Source: a virus (Duplodnaviria; Heunggongvirae; Uroviricota; Caudoviricetes). Taken from it: 64,000 bases of DNA. Shown in pieces: positions 47,953 to 55,844 of this stretch. The translations under genes and the position numbers were made by a program. Numbering within the stretch: the first letter of the stretch is position 1; every line of letters begins with the position of its first letter. Location of the stretch: the IMG/VR virus record IMGVR_UViG_2595698548_000001, positions 130,140 through 194,139 of that record; one strand, written 5' to 3'. A model generated the notes under the pieces. The model was not told the DNA's origin, did no database searches, and saw only the letters and a list, made by a program, of their open reading frames with translations.

Positions 47953-48441
47953 TTGAAATTCCCCAAGAATCCACGGGACATCGCCAAGTTCATCGATTTC
48001 CTAAGAGTGCTGTGTGCGTCGATTAACGGTAAGCCCGAGGGCTTTATCGGCACTGCCAAAGGCGTGGAATCCGCACACTGTCACACGCGCGTCGCCAAGT
48101 TCCTGCAGACGCACGCATCCGAACAACCAAAAGCAATGGTCGTTATCCTGGGTACTCCAGGTAGTTACTACGCCGTTGCGCACTCGCTCGTGGTGAGTGC
48201 AGATGAATCTGCCATCATTGTGGATGCCTACACTGGGCACTTCCTCGAAGGGCAGTACATCACCGACTTGCAGGGTCACAAGAAGCACTACCTGATCTAC
48301 GCTGCGTACTACGCCGCCGACCTTGTCACCCTAGCCAAGGCAGACAACTTCGAGGAAGCGCTTGAGCATCTGCGCGTCGCACCATTCAAGGGTGACGACA
48401 TCCCATCGATTGGTCATGCCAAGGTACAAATCAAGAAGTGA
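47953..48441 (+). CDS. hypothetical protein
   Basis: TTG start with AGGGA RBS; 162 aa. Confidence 0.65.
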   Translation: MKFPKNPRDIAKFIDFLRVLCASINGKPEGFIGTAKGVESAHCHTRVAKFLQTHASEQPKAMVVILGTPGSYYAVAHSLVVSADESAIIVDAYTGHFLEGQYITDLQGHKKHYLIYAAYYAADLVTLAKADNFEEALEHLRVAPFKGDDIPSIGHAKVQIKK

Positions 48442-48490
48442 GTGGCAGGATGCCCTCCTAACTCAAATGGAATCTAAACAGGAAGCGGAT

Positions 48491-49765
48491 ATGAAACTTG
48501 CAGTCTACGCCATTGCGAAGAACGAAGCCAAACACGTCGAGCGCTGGTACGAGTCGGTAAAAGACGCCGACGAAATCATCGTGCTGGACACCGGCTCCAC
48601 CGATGGAACCCAGAAGCTACTGAGCGATCTGGGCGTGCGTGTTGCCTCGATGGCTTTTGAACCTTTCCGATTCGACACCGCCCGAAACGCGGCACTGAAT
48701 CTGGTGAGCCTCGACGCCGACTACTGCATGTTCATCGACTTGGATGAGACCATGCCCAAGGGTAGCATCGCTGCCATTCGCAAGGCCATCAACAAGACTC
48801 AGAAGGACATGTACGCCCTGCGCCTGGTCTTCAAGTTTGACCACAAACGCCAGCCGATCGTGTCGTACCCGCGCGAAGCCGTACACCGCCGCAACGCTTT
48901 CTACTGGAAGTACCCTGTACACGAACTGCTCGCCTGCCATCAGGGCGAATACTCGTATGAGGAGCTCAACGTCCAGGTGTTCCACGAGCCGGATGAAACG
49001 AAAGAGCGCTCCTCGTATCTGAGCCTGCTGGAAACAGCCGTCGAAGAAAACCCGAACGATCCGCGTCAGGCGCAGTATCTGGGCCGTGAGTACATGTACC
49101 AAGGCCGCCCGTTCGATGCTCAGATGTGGCTCAAGCGCCACATTCAAATGGAACCACACGGTCCGTTCCGTTCAGAGTCTGCGTCGTACATTGCCCAGTG
49201 TTTCCTGATGCTCGAAGGGCAAGTCGAAGAGGCTATCGACGAAGCTGAGGCTTGGTACTTCCGAGCCATCGCCGAGTTCAATAGTGCCCGTGAACCGTTC
49301 TGTGAACTGGCGGACCTTTACTTCAAGTGCCATGAGTTCGAGAGTGCCATCGGCATGTTGAAGTCGGCCATGCGTATTCCAGCGAAGCCGAATGTCGCCA
49401 TGATCAGCCGAGACGAGTTCTACTCGCACTGGCCGCATCACATGCTCGCTGCCTGCTACTTCAACATCGGCAATCGCACGGCAGCAAAATACCACATCCA
49501 AGAAGCGATGAAGTCTGCTGGCACTCTCAGCGGTCACCTCGCAAACGACATCGTGAAAATTCTGGGGCTCGAAAATGCTACTCAGTCTCTCCTTGGCGTC
49601 GAAGCCAGCTCGGGTGTCGAAGGACACGTTCCTGAAGATGGGCCCGAGCAAACAGAAGCAGTATCTGACCCACTACCCTCGGAGCAGCCATCGCTTTCTT
49701 CTCGCCAAGAAAGCCAAAGCTCCGAAACCGGAAGTGCAGCCGCGTCGTCGCCTGTCTCGGAATGA
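48491..49765 (+). CDS. GT2 glycosyltransferase with TPR repeats
   Basis: LAVYAIAKNEA, VLDTGSTDGT, FDTARNAAL, DxD (IDLDE), HE; C-terminal TPR-like helices (YLGREY...A..W, REP..ELA..Y). Confidence 0.88.
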   Translation: MKLAVYAIAKNEAKHVERWYESVKDADEIIVLDTGSTDGTQKLLSDLGVRVASMAFEPFRFDTARNAALNLVSLDADYCMFIDLDETMPKGSIAAIRKAINKTQKDMYALRLVFKFDHKRQPIVSYPREAVHRRNAFYWKYPVHELLACHQGEYSYEELNVQVFHEPDETKERSSYLSLLETAVEENPNDPRQAQYLGREYMYQGRPFDAQMWLKRHIQMEPHGPFRSESASYIAQCFLMLEGQVEEAIDEAEAWYFRAIAEFNSAREPFCELADLYFKCHEFESAIGMLKSAMRIPAKPNVAMISRDEFYSHWPHHMLAACYFNIGNRTAAKYHIQEAMKSAGTLSGHLANDIVKILGLENATQSLLGVEASSGVEGHVPEDGPEQTEAVSDPLPSEQPSLSSRQESQSSETGSAAASSPVSE

Positions 49766-50966
49766 GTACGAAGGGCTGACCAAGAAGCACAAGGCCAAGT
49801 ACGATGAGCAGTTCCCCAAGAGCCGCCATCGTACAAAGCATAAGGCCTCGAAGCGTGCGAAAGGCGACTACAAGCACGACGCGCGGGAGACCAAGCGTCA
49901 GGCAGGCGCGCGCCGCAAAGCCAATCAGGTGGAAGTCGATAAGCAACGCAACGTCATTGTGGATGACGGTGCAGGCGTGATCAACCGAGAGAGCGTTAAA
50001 GCTCTTGGTCAAATCAAGTCCACCCACCTGCATCAGGCTGCTGCCAATATCGATAACAACCGCGACGAAGCGCACGACGTTATCGACATGCAGCTCAAGG
50101 ACAAACCCAACCTGAAAGATCGTGGCCTAGAAGCGCTGCGTGAAATGATGGAAGGTGATGGGCTGCTTGAGGGCAAGCATGACGCCGAAGATGACGATGA
50201 GCGCCAAGCCGTAGACGACGAAGGTAATCCACTCTTCGGCGAAGACAACAAGGCCCTCACTGAGAAGGACAAGAAGGCACAAGATGCCGAGTCTGACGAG
50301 GAAGAGGAAGAACCCAAACCGAAGAAAAAGAAAAAGAACGACCGATCGCATCGAGACAGCAAGAAGTTCCGCGACGGTAAAGCCGTTCTCGGCATGATCG
50401 TCAAAGGCGCTCTTGTCGTAGGTGCCGTAGGGTTGATCGCCGTTGCTGCCGGTCCATTGTCTATGGTGATTGCTCGCGGCATGCTTGACCTGTACGGCGA
50501 CATCCGTAGCCTATCGTCTTCCGCTGCCGATGAGCTTGCCAAGTCCAAGGACGAGCGCAACTACGATACCATCGACGAACTCATCACACAGACGGTTAGC
50601 TACCTGCGCAACATGGACATGGACGATCTGCATGATCAGTCCAAAGAAATGTTTGCCGCCTTGGCTGCCCAGGACGTCGATGTTTATCAGGTGGCGTTCG
50701 ATGCCATTCTACCACTTGTGCATGAACGTCCGCGTGGCCGCGTAGGCAAAAACTTCTTCGGGGGTACCTACGCCAACATGCAGACACTCGCCGACGCCAT
50801 CGGCAAGGCCCTCGACCAGAAGGGTGTGCTCAAAGAGCATGAGTACCACAAGAGCGACATAGACGAGTGCCATCTGTTCTACTGCACAGATGCGAAACGC
50901 ACGTTGGTCGCCCTTGGCATGAACGAAACCATCGGCATCTATCACGTTGCCTTACTGAATTGGTAG
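49575..50966 (+). CDS. hypothetical protein with basic N-terminus, acidic/basic linker and one hydrophobic segment (possible inner-virion protein)
   Basis: Duplicated F.K...K.K.Y...P.S.H motif; hydrophobic AVLGMIVKGALVVGAVGLIAVAAGPLSMVIA. Confidence 0.6.
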   Translation: MLLSLSLASKPARVSKDTFLKMGPSKQKQYLTHYPRSSHRFLLAKKAKAPKPEVQPRRRLSRNEYEGLTKKHKAKYDEQFPKSRHRTKHKASKRAKGDYKHDARETKRQAGARRKANQVEVDKQRNVIVDDGAGVINRESVKALGQIKSTHLHQAAANIDNNRDEAHDVIDMQLKDKPNLKDRGLEALREMMEGDGLLEGKHDAEDDDERQAVDDEGNPLFGEDNKALTEKDKKAQDAESDEEEEEPKPKKKKKNDRSHRDSKKFRDGKAVLGMIVKGALVVGAVGLIAVAAGPLSMVIARGMLDLYGDIRSLSSSAADELAKSKDERNYDTIDELITQTVSYLRNMDMDDLHDQSKEMFAALAAQDVDVYQVAFDAILPLVHERPRGRVGKNFFGGTYANMQTLADAIGKALDQKGVLKEHEYHKSDIDECHLFYCTDAKRTLVALGMNETIGIYHVALLNW

Positions 50967-50972
50967 GTTCGT

Positions 50973-51314
50973 ATGGAGCGTATCACCTACAAATGCGACA
51001 AGGCCGAGCACAAACTGCCTCTGGCTCAGCGCAAGAACTGGCACGTCTATCTCGGTGAGAAGTTGATTGCAACCATCGCCGCGACTGATGATGTCTCCAG
51101 TGACCGTAGCCATTCGCTGCGCATCTGGAAAGCTAAGATGTATCACACCGGCTTCGATCCGTTCGACTTCCCCCACCACAGTGAAGGGGATGAGGAAGAG
51201 AAGACCAAGCCGCACGTGGCCTTAGCTGACGGCAAGCCAGTGCTCATCAATCCTCAGCCCATGACTATGCGTGAAGCTCGGTCGTGGGTTCGTCATGTAG
51301 TGCAGAGGGGCTAA
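50973..51314 (+). CDS. hypothetical protein
   Basis: 113-aa ORF in the operon. Confidence 0.65.
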   Translation: MERITYKCDKAEHKLPLAQRKNWHVYLGEKLIATIAATDDVSSDRSHSLRIWKAKMYHTGFDPFDFPHHSEGDEEEKTKPHVALADGKPVLINPQPMTMREARSWVRHVVQRG

Positions 51315-51319
51315 CTCGA

Positions 51320-52084
51320 ATGCAATTGGTTCTGAAAGGAAAAAGCGACCTGATGATGTCGCGCAGCTTCGCCATCGGCGCACCGCCTACCGAGCTGTCC
51401 AACGTCGAAAACACGAAACAAGGTCTGACCCTCACTGGTCAGCAAGCAGGCGGTGACGCTCGCATCCTCGACGCGCACATCTGGCTGCCGAAAGCCGCCA
51501 AGCACTATCGCCTGAGTGAAGACCTGCGCGACTACATCGTCGTTCCGGTGCCAAGCATCATCACGTCGATCCCCAATACCAACGGGGACAGCGCCAGCTT
51601 CGCACAGCTCACGGAGTTCAATCCTGAGTATGGCATGATGGCGTATCGTACCTGGGTGGGCAAGCCCACGCACGTCGAGCACGACAACAAGGACATCACC
51701 AAAGCGAAAGGCGTCATTCTTGACACCTACCTGCGGCCGCTTCCACGTCATCCGAAGTTTGCCAAGCTGGTGAAGCTGATGGCTTTCGACCGCACCAAGG
51801 ACTCGTTCCTCGTGAACAAAATCCTGCGCAATGAAGTCAGCACCTACTCCATGGGTATGTGGTATTCGTCCTACACCTGCCCGATCTGCGCTCAACGTGT
51901 AGGCAAGGGCATTGGCCAGCCGTGTGCGCATACTCGCCCGCGTCGTCCAACCTACCAACTGCCGGATGGTCGCCTGGCCTATCGCCAGTGTGAAGGCTTG
52001 ATCGGCTTCGAGACTTCGGTTGTGATGGACCCTGCGTATGTCGTTGCGCAGTCGGACATCGTCTGGGACATTTCGAGGCTCTGA
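51320..52084 (+). CDS. prohead (capsid maturation) protease with zinc-ribbon insertion
   Basis: WVGKPTHVEHD (His), YSMG (Ser), CPIC...CAH, FETSVVMDPA: HK97/U35/DUF2213-like pattern. Confidence 0.75.
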   Translation: MQLVLKGKSDLMMSRSFAIGAPPTELSNVENTKQGLTLTGQQAGGDARILDAHIWLPKAAKHYRLSEDLRDYIVVPVPSIITSIPNTNGDSASFAQLTEFNPEYGMMAYRTWVGKPTHVEHDNKDITKAKGVILDTYLRPLPRHPKFAKLVKLMAFDRTKDSFLVNKILRNEVSTYSMGMWYSSYTCPICAQRVGKGIGQPCAHTRPRRPTYQLPDGRLAYRQCEGLIGFETSVVMDPAYVVAQSDIVWDISRL

Positions 52085-52085
52085 T

Positions 52086-52487
52086 ATGCGAAATCGCTGG
52101 GTGGATCAAACCACGTTTTATGATCCGGAAGCAAAGGGCGGCGGCAACTGTGCAGAGGCGTGCGTGGCGTCTCTGTTCAACATCCCGCTGGAAGACGTAC
52201 CCACGTTTTTCGACAAAACCGATCCTGATCCTGCGTATCGCTACTGGCGCAATCTGGAAAACTTCATGTTCTCCCGTGGCTACTGGCTACAGCGCGAGGA
52301 CTGTGAGTACGTTTTCGAGGGCACGTATATGGTCAGCGGTCCGTCAGCACGTGGCTGCCTTCACATGGTAATCTACCAGAACGGCGAGTTGCTGCACGAT
52401 CCGCACCCGTCCAGGAAGGGTGTCCAGAAAGTGACCCAGACGTGGCTGCTCATTCCACTGGACCCAGCAAACTTCAAACGAGAGTAA
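52086..52487 (+). CDS. small papain-like cysteine peptidase (C39-like)
   Basis: Q...GNCAEAC...LHMVI...HDP gives a Gln/Cys/His/Asp arrangement. Confidence 0.6.
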   Translation: MRNRWVDQTTFYDPEAKGGGNCAEACVASLFNIPLEDVPTFFDKTDPDPAYRYWRNLENFMFSRGYWLQREDCEYVFEGTYMVSGPSARGCLHMVIYQNGELLHDPHPSRKGVQKVTQTWLLIPLDPANFKRE

Positions 52488-52492
52488 CTGCC

Positions 52493-53026
52493 ATGCAGAT
52501 CAAGGTAGCTATGTATAGCGCAGAAGCAGCGAACAAGCTCAGCCATATCCCCTACACAGGAACCAACGGCCTGTACTCCGCAGTGGTCCCGACTCCAGGG
52601 TCCATCGAAGCCATCATCAAGCTCGCGGACGAGCTGGAGCTGTCCCCGGAAGAGGATGCGCTGCACGCTACAGTGATCTACAGTAAGAAGGCGCCTGGGG
52701 ATAACGTCGAGGCCGTGAAGCGAATCGCAGATTCCGATTACGCCTACCACGGCGTCATCAACGCGGTAGAGCACTGGGTCGGCCACAACGGCAAGACCTA
52801 TATAGTGCTCAAGCTGGTGAGTGCTGGCATCGTTCTCGCCAACGCCAGCTTGCAGCGCATGGGCGCCGAGCACACGTTCGTCCCGTTCTCTCCGCACATC
52901 ACCTTGAGTGACGACGTTCCTGTAGACGAAGCCATGCAAGCCCGCATCGATTTCGTGAACAAGCGCCTGGCTTTCGACCCGATCGAGGTCAAGCTCATCA
53001 ACCAGATCGTCGGTGACTTGGATTGA
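52493..53026 (+). CDS. acb1: 2H phosphoesterase, Acb1 (T4 gp57B)-like anti-CBASS nuclease
   Basis: GLYSAV, LHATVIYS, EHW..G..IVLKL.S and MGAEHTF..FSPHITLS parallel T4 Acb1 as I recall it (GLYVAA, IHSTICYS, LGATHDF..YTPHITLS); two HxT motifs. Confidence 0.85.
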   Translation: MQIKVAMYSAEAANKLSHIPYTGTNGLYSAVVPTPGSIEAIIKLADELELSPEEDALHATVIYSKKAPGDNVEAVKRIADSDYAYHGVINAVEHWVGHNGKTYIVLKLVSAGIVLANASLQRMGAEHTFVPFSPHITLSDDVPVDEAMQARIDFVNKRLAFDPIEVKLINQIVGDLD

Positions 53027-53145
53027 AGAAGCCCAAGAAGCGCAAAGGTAAGAAGTCCGTGCGCATCAAGGTGCCTTTGTTCCCTAATCAAGGCACCCCT
53101 GCCGAGACGGATGTCGTTCAACTCCCACCAGAGAATCGCTTATGA
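53023..53145 (+). CDS. 40-aa Lys-rich microprotein (not in ORF track)
   Basis: TTG...MKKPKKRKGKKSVRIKVPLF...; 4-nt overlaps with both neighbours (TTGA and ATGA). Confidence 0.5.
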   Translation: MKKPKKRKGKKSVRIKVPLFPNQGTPAETDVVQLPPENRL

Positions 53146-53561
53146 GTATGCTCTGTGCGTCTCCGTATCGCGCGCCGAAAGTCAGACCTCCGATTGAAAC
53201 TGACTTGTGGCCGCGCTACGGACTGGGCCGCCTCGAAACCTACGACAACCAAGCGATGATGGACATCGCCTTGGCGACGGAGCACGAGGACCCGCTCAAC
53301 AACCCAACTTTCGTCTTGCCTGCGATAGACGAAACCCTCTATTACTACTACATAGTCCCGCTTGCCTACGGTAACGCCACGTTCTACGGACCGAGCGGAT
53401 TCGCAGGTGGCTGGGACGGGGCAAGCTGGCCGCTCGATGACGTAGGCGAGGAGTACGGTCCTGTCGAAATCACGTATCGCGGCAATCAGTATCTGCTCTA
53501 TCGCACCGACTTCGGCGGCGGCCAGGGCGGTACGTACACCGTGACCTTCGCCAATGGCTAA
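53142..53561 (+). CDS. stand-alone copy of the GGWDGASWP virion domain
   Basis: PRYG...YYYYIVP...GGWDGASWP...YGPVEI...LYRTDF is shared with the baseplate and fibre proteins. Confidence 0.75.
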   Translation: MSMLCASPYRAPKVRPPIETDLWPRYGLGRLETYDNQAMMDIALATEHEDPLNNPTFVLPAIDETLYYYYIVPLAYGNATFYGPSGFAGGWDGASWPLDDVGEEYGPVEITYRGNQYLLYRTDFGGGQGGTYTVTFANG

Positions 53562-53799
53562 GATCAAGGTGCAGCTCTGGGACCCACATCGACCGTACGA
53601 CGGTGTGCGCGCCCCTAAGCATGAGGAGCCTGTGTATACGGACACTCCTGCCAAGAAAAAGAGTCGCCTGAGAGACAAGCGCAAGAAGCGCGAGCGCGAT
53701 CAGATTCCTACTGCCACCCAGTCTCCGTCCCAGGAGAACACGTTCGTCTCCAAAGTCAATTGGTTGGGTAGGCGCGAACGCGGTATTGACCCGTACTAG
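53554..53799 (+). CDS. small basic hypothetical protein
   Basis: 81 aa with KKKSRLRDKRKKRER. Confidence 0.6.
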   Translation: MAKIKVQLWDPHRPYDGVRAPKHEEPVYTDTPAKKKSRLRDKRKKRERDQIPTATQSPSQENTFVSKVNWLGRRERGIDPY

Positions 53800-53807
53800 G
53801 AGCAGCC

Positions 53808-53930
53808 ATGAGTAAGCTCATCGGACTCTGGTTGGTAGCAGTCGCACCTGCTGTGATTCTACCGATTTGGATTGGGTATCACGTACTGAACAAGGGACCA
53901 AAAGATGCCACTACCATGTGCGTGCGGTAA
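53808..53930 (+). CDS. 40-aa single-pass membrane microprotein (not in ORF track)
   Basis: AGGAG RBS; MSKLIGLWLVAVAPAVILPIWIGYHVLNKGPKDATTMCVR. Confidence 0.6.
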   Translation: MSKLIGLWLVAVAPAVILPIWIGYHVLNKGPKDATTMCVR

Positions 53931-54219
53931 GCCAGAGCCGTGCTACCAATCACCACCATGCACCAATCTCGCCGTCAAGTCTCCGACGCAGCCCATTCTG
54001 GGTGCGAAACGGCTGCTGTCTTTCGATGAACTCGTTTGTCGGCTGACCACAGAAGGCGGCGCCATCGTGAACGCCACAAGCTGTTCCGCCTACGAGTTGA
54101 CACAGGCACAAGTCGAGGGTCGCGTATACGTCGATGCCAAGGGTTTGGCGTATGTGCTGCTCGATGCTGACTGGCTTGCTCAAATGCGGAAGCTCGAAAA
54201 AGCTCATCCGCACGCCTAA
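53905..54219 (+). CDS. hypothetical protein
   Basis: 104 aa with a Cys/Pro-rich N-terminus; ends at a terminator. Confidence 0.6.
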   Translation: MPLPCACGKPEPCYQSPPCTNLAVKSPTQPILGAKRLLSFDELVCRLTTEGGAIVNATSCSAYELTQAQVEGRVYVDAKGLAYVLLDADWLAQMRKLEKAHPHA

Positions 54220-54255
54220 AAAAGGGTCCCTAGTTTTCACTGGGGACCCTTTTTC
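54219..54255. terminator. bidirectional intrinsic terminator between convergent genes
   Basis: aaaaagggtccctag-ttttca-ctggggaccc-ttttt. Confidence 0.9.
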
Positions 54256-54257
54256 TT

Positions 54258-54938
54258 TTACCGCTTGTATACCGCAACTCCGTGCAACAATGGATAGACG
54301 GACGTATCCGGCACCAATCTCTCCGTACGTTTGCGCACGCTGAACTGCCTGCCTTCCAGGATTTTCCTGTTACTTGCCATATCGAAGGCATCAGTGAACA
54401 CGACCTTGCCGTTCAGCACGCCGGCTACACCATCATCCATACGAACTGCACCATCCGTTCTCAGCATCGGTTCTATGCAGCCGATCAGCTCTTCCCAGCG
54501 CTCGCGGGACACCAACAAGAACAGCACGTCATCGCGCTGACTCTCTTCCCACAGGGCTTCAAAGGTTGGCTTGATTTCCGTGTACACACCATCATGCTTG
54601 ACGAATATCGCAGCCGACAGCCAGTCGTCGTACTTGCGCACTGCAATGGTGTGTCCACTGGGCAGCGCAGGATTCGGCGCTTCGATCAGCGTGAACTTCG
54701 GAGCTTCACCTTGGAACAATGACCCGTCCGGTACGAAGCCCACAGGGTTCTCACACCAATCGATAGCCATCCAGCCCATACGACGCGCGCCCTTAGAGCC
54801 GAATCCGGCAAGCTCCGTTCCTTTGAACGCATCCGCATGGAATGGATCGCCGCTGCGTTCCCAGTAATCGACATTCTGAAAGCTCGGCGGTTGGGTCGGC
54901 CCTACTGTATACGACGCAACCAAATCTTCCTCAACCAT
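54258..54938 (-). CDS. hypothetical protein
   Basis: 226-aa ORF ending at the terminator. Confidence 0.7.
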   Translation of the reverse strand: MVEEDLVASYTVGPTQPPSFQNVDYWERSGDPFHADAFKGTELAGFGSKGARRMGWMAIDWCENPVGFVPDGSLFQGEAPKFTLIEAPNPALPSGHTIAVRKYDDWLSAAIFVKHDGVYTEIKPTFEALWEESQRDDVLFLLVSRERWEELIGCIEPMLRTDGAVRMDDGVAGVLNGKVVFTDAFDMASNRKILEGRQFSVRKRTERLVPDTSVYPLLHGVAVYKR

Positions 54939-54939
54939 G

Positions 54940-55203
54940 TCACACCCCTACAGTGTTCCAGTAGCTCCTTGTCCGCGTATATCCGAGCGCCATAGCAGCA
55001 GTCTCATCCACGAGTTCTTGGATTTGAAACTCTTCGGCGCGCGTGAAGAACTGCTCGCGTCCACGTTCGTTGAAAGGAGCGAACAGCTTGATACGCTCCT
55101 CGATGGAGGCACTTGGGTCCTTATCCCAAGTGCTGTGGCCGATCTTCATGACCTCCTTGCGGTCATGGTTCACGGCGAAGATGCGGTGTCCTTGTTCGCT
55201 CAT
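54940..55203 (-). CDS. hypothetical protein
   Basis: 87 aa, coupled to neighbours. Confidence 0.65.
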   Translation of the reverse strand: MSEQGHRIFAVNHDRKEVMKIGHSTWDKDPSASIEERIKLFAPFNERGREQFFTRAEEFQIQELVDETAAMALGYTRTRSYWNTVGV

Positions 55204-55445
55204 ATGCGCGTGTACCCTTTCTCGAATGGTTCTTCCGGAGAGAACGAAGTGTGGCCGCTGTCGTACACGACAAAGTATCCGCCGGTTGTCGGTGCGTGGG
55301 TGTTGTACCAGTTGCGGGACACGGTGTGTTCCTTGCCGCCGTCCAGATGCAACGTCACCGGATCGTAGTCACCGACATACGCGGACATCTGCTCGATCTT
55401 CGCAGCGTTGACGATCTTGTGGCATTGGTACGCCGGCAGATTCAG
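55200..55445 (-). CDS. small phage domain of the YQCHK...GGY.V.Y..G..S.SP...FE.GY type; start uncertain
   Basis: The frame extends upstream of the track Met (55388) as LNLPAYQCHKIVNAAKIEQ; the C-terminal motif matches a domain I recall fused to DUF2829 in other phages. Confidence 0.6.
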   Translation of the reverse strand: MNLPAYQCHKIVNAAKIEQMSAYVGDYDPVTLHLDGGKEHTVSRNWYNTHAPTTGGYFVVYDSGHTSFSPEEPFEKGYTRI

Positions 55446-55466
55446 CCGTTCGTGTGGCGGTTTGAT

Positions 55467-55844
55467 CTAGGTGCCTACGTGGCTGACGATCTTGTTGTCG
55501 TGTATCCACGCGCCGATGAGAATGCGCCACGGGAGATTGCGACATTCGATCACAGGGTGCCCATTCAGCTCACCGATGATGTTGTTCTCCAGTGCCGACT
55601 GCCGATGCTCGTACTCGAACAAAGGGAACATCGGATGGCCAGACATCACGGACATCAGTTCTTCTGCCACAGATGGGCCTGCCAGATACACGAACTTACG
55701 ATTCGGATAGTCTTCGCGCACCTGTTCGCTCGGCACACTCACCGCCTGCATGGTTTCCAGATTGAAGTCACGGAAACCCCAGCGAATGACGTTGTAGCCG
55801 TTGACGCCGAACGCCAGCAGATTTTCGATATTGACGTGTTTCAT
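55467..55844 (-). CDS. hypothetical protein
   Basis: 125 aa, coupled to the thyA stop. Confidence 0.65.
   Translation of the reverse strand: MKHVNIENLLAFGVNGYNVIRWGFRDFNLETMQAVSVPSEQVREDYPNRKFVYLAGPSVAEELMSVMSGHPMFPLFEYEHRQSALENNIIGELNGHPVIECRNLPWRILIGAWIHDNKIVSHVGT

Noticed and set aside
55467-55469. Genome-wide TAG recoding
   Set aside because: TAG is clearly used as a normal stop elsewhere (6408, 9323, 53799, 58322), and long genes are not broken by TAG.
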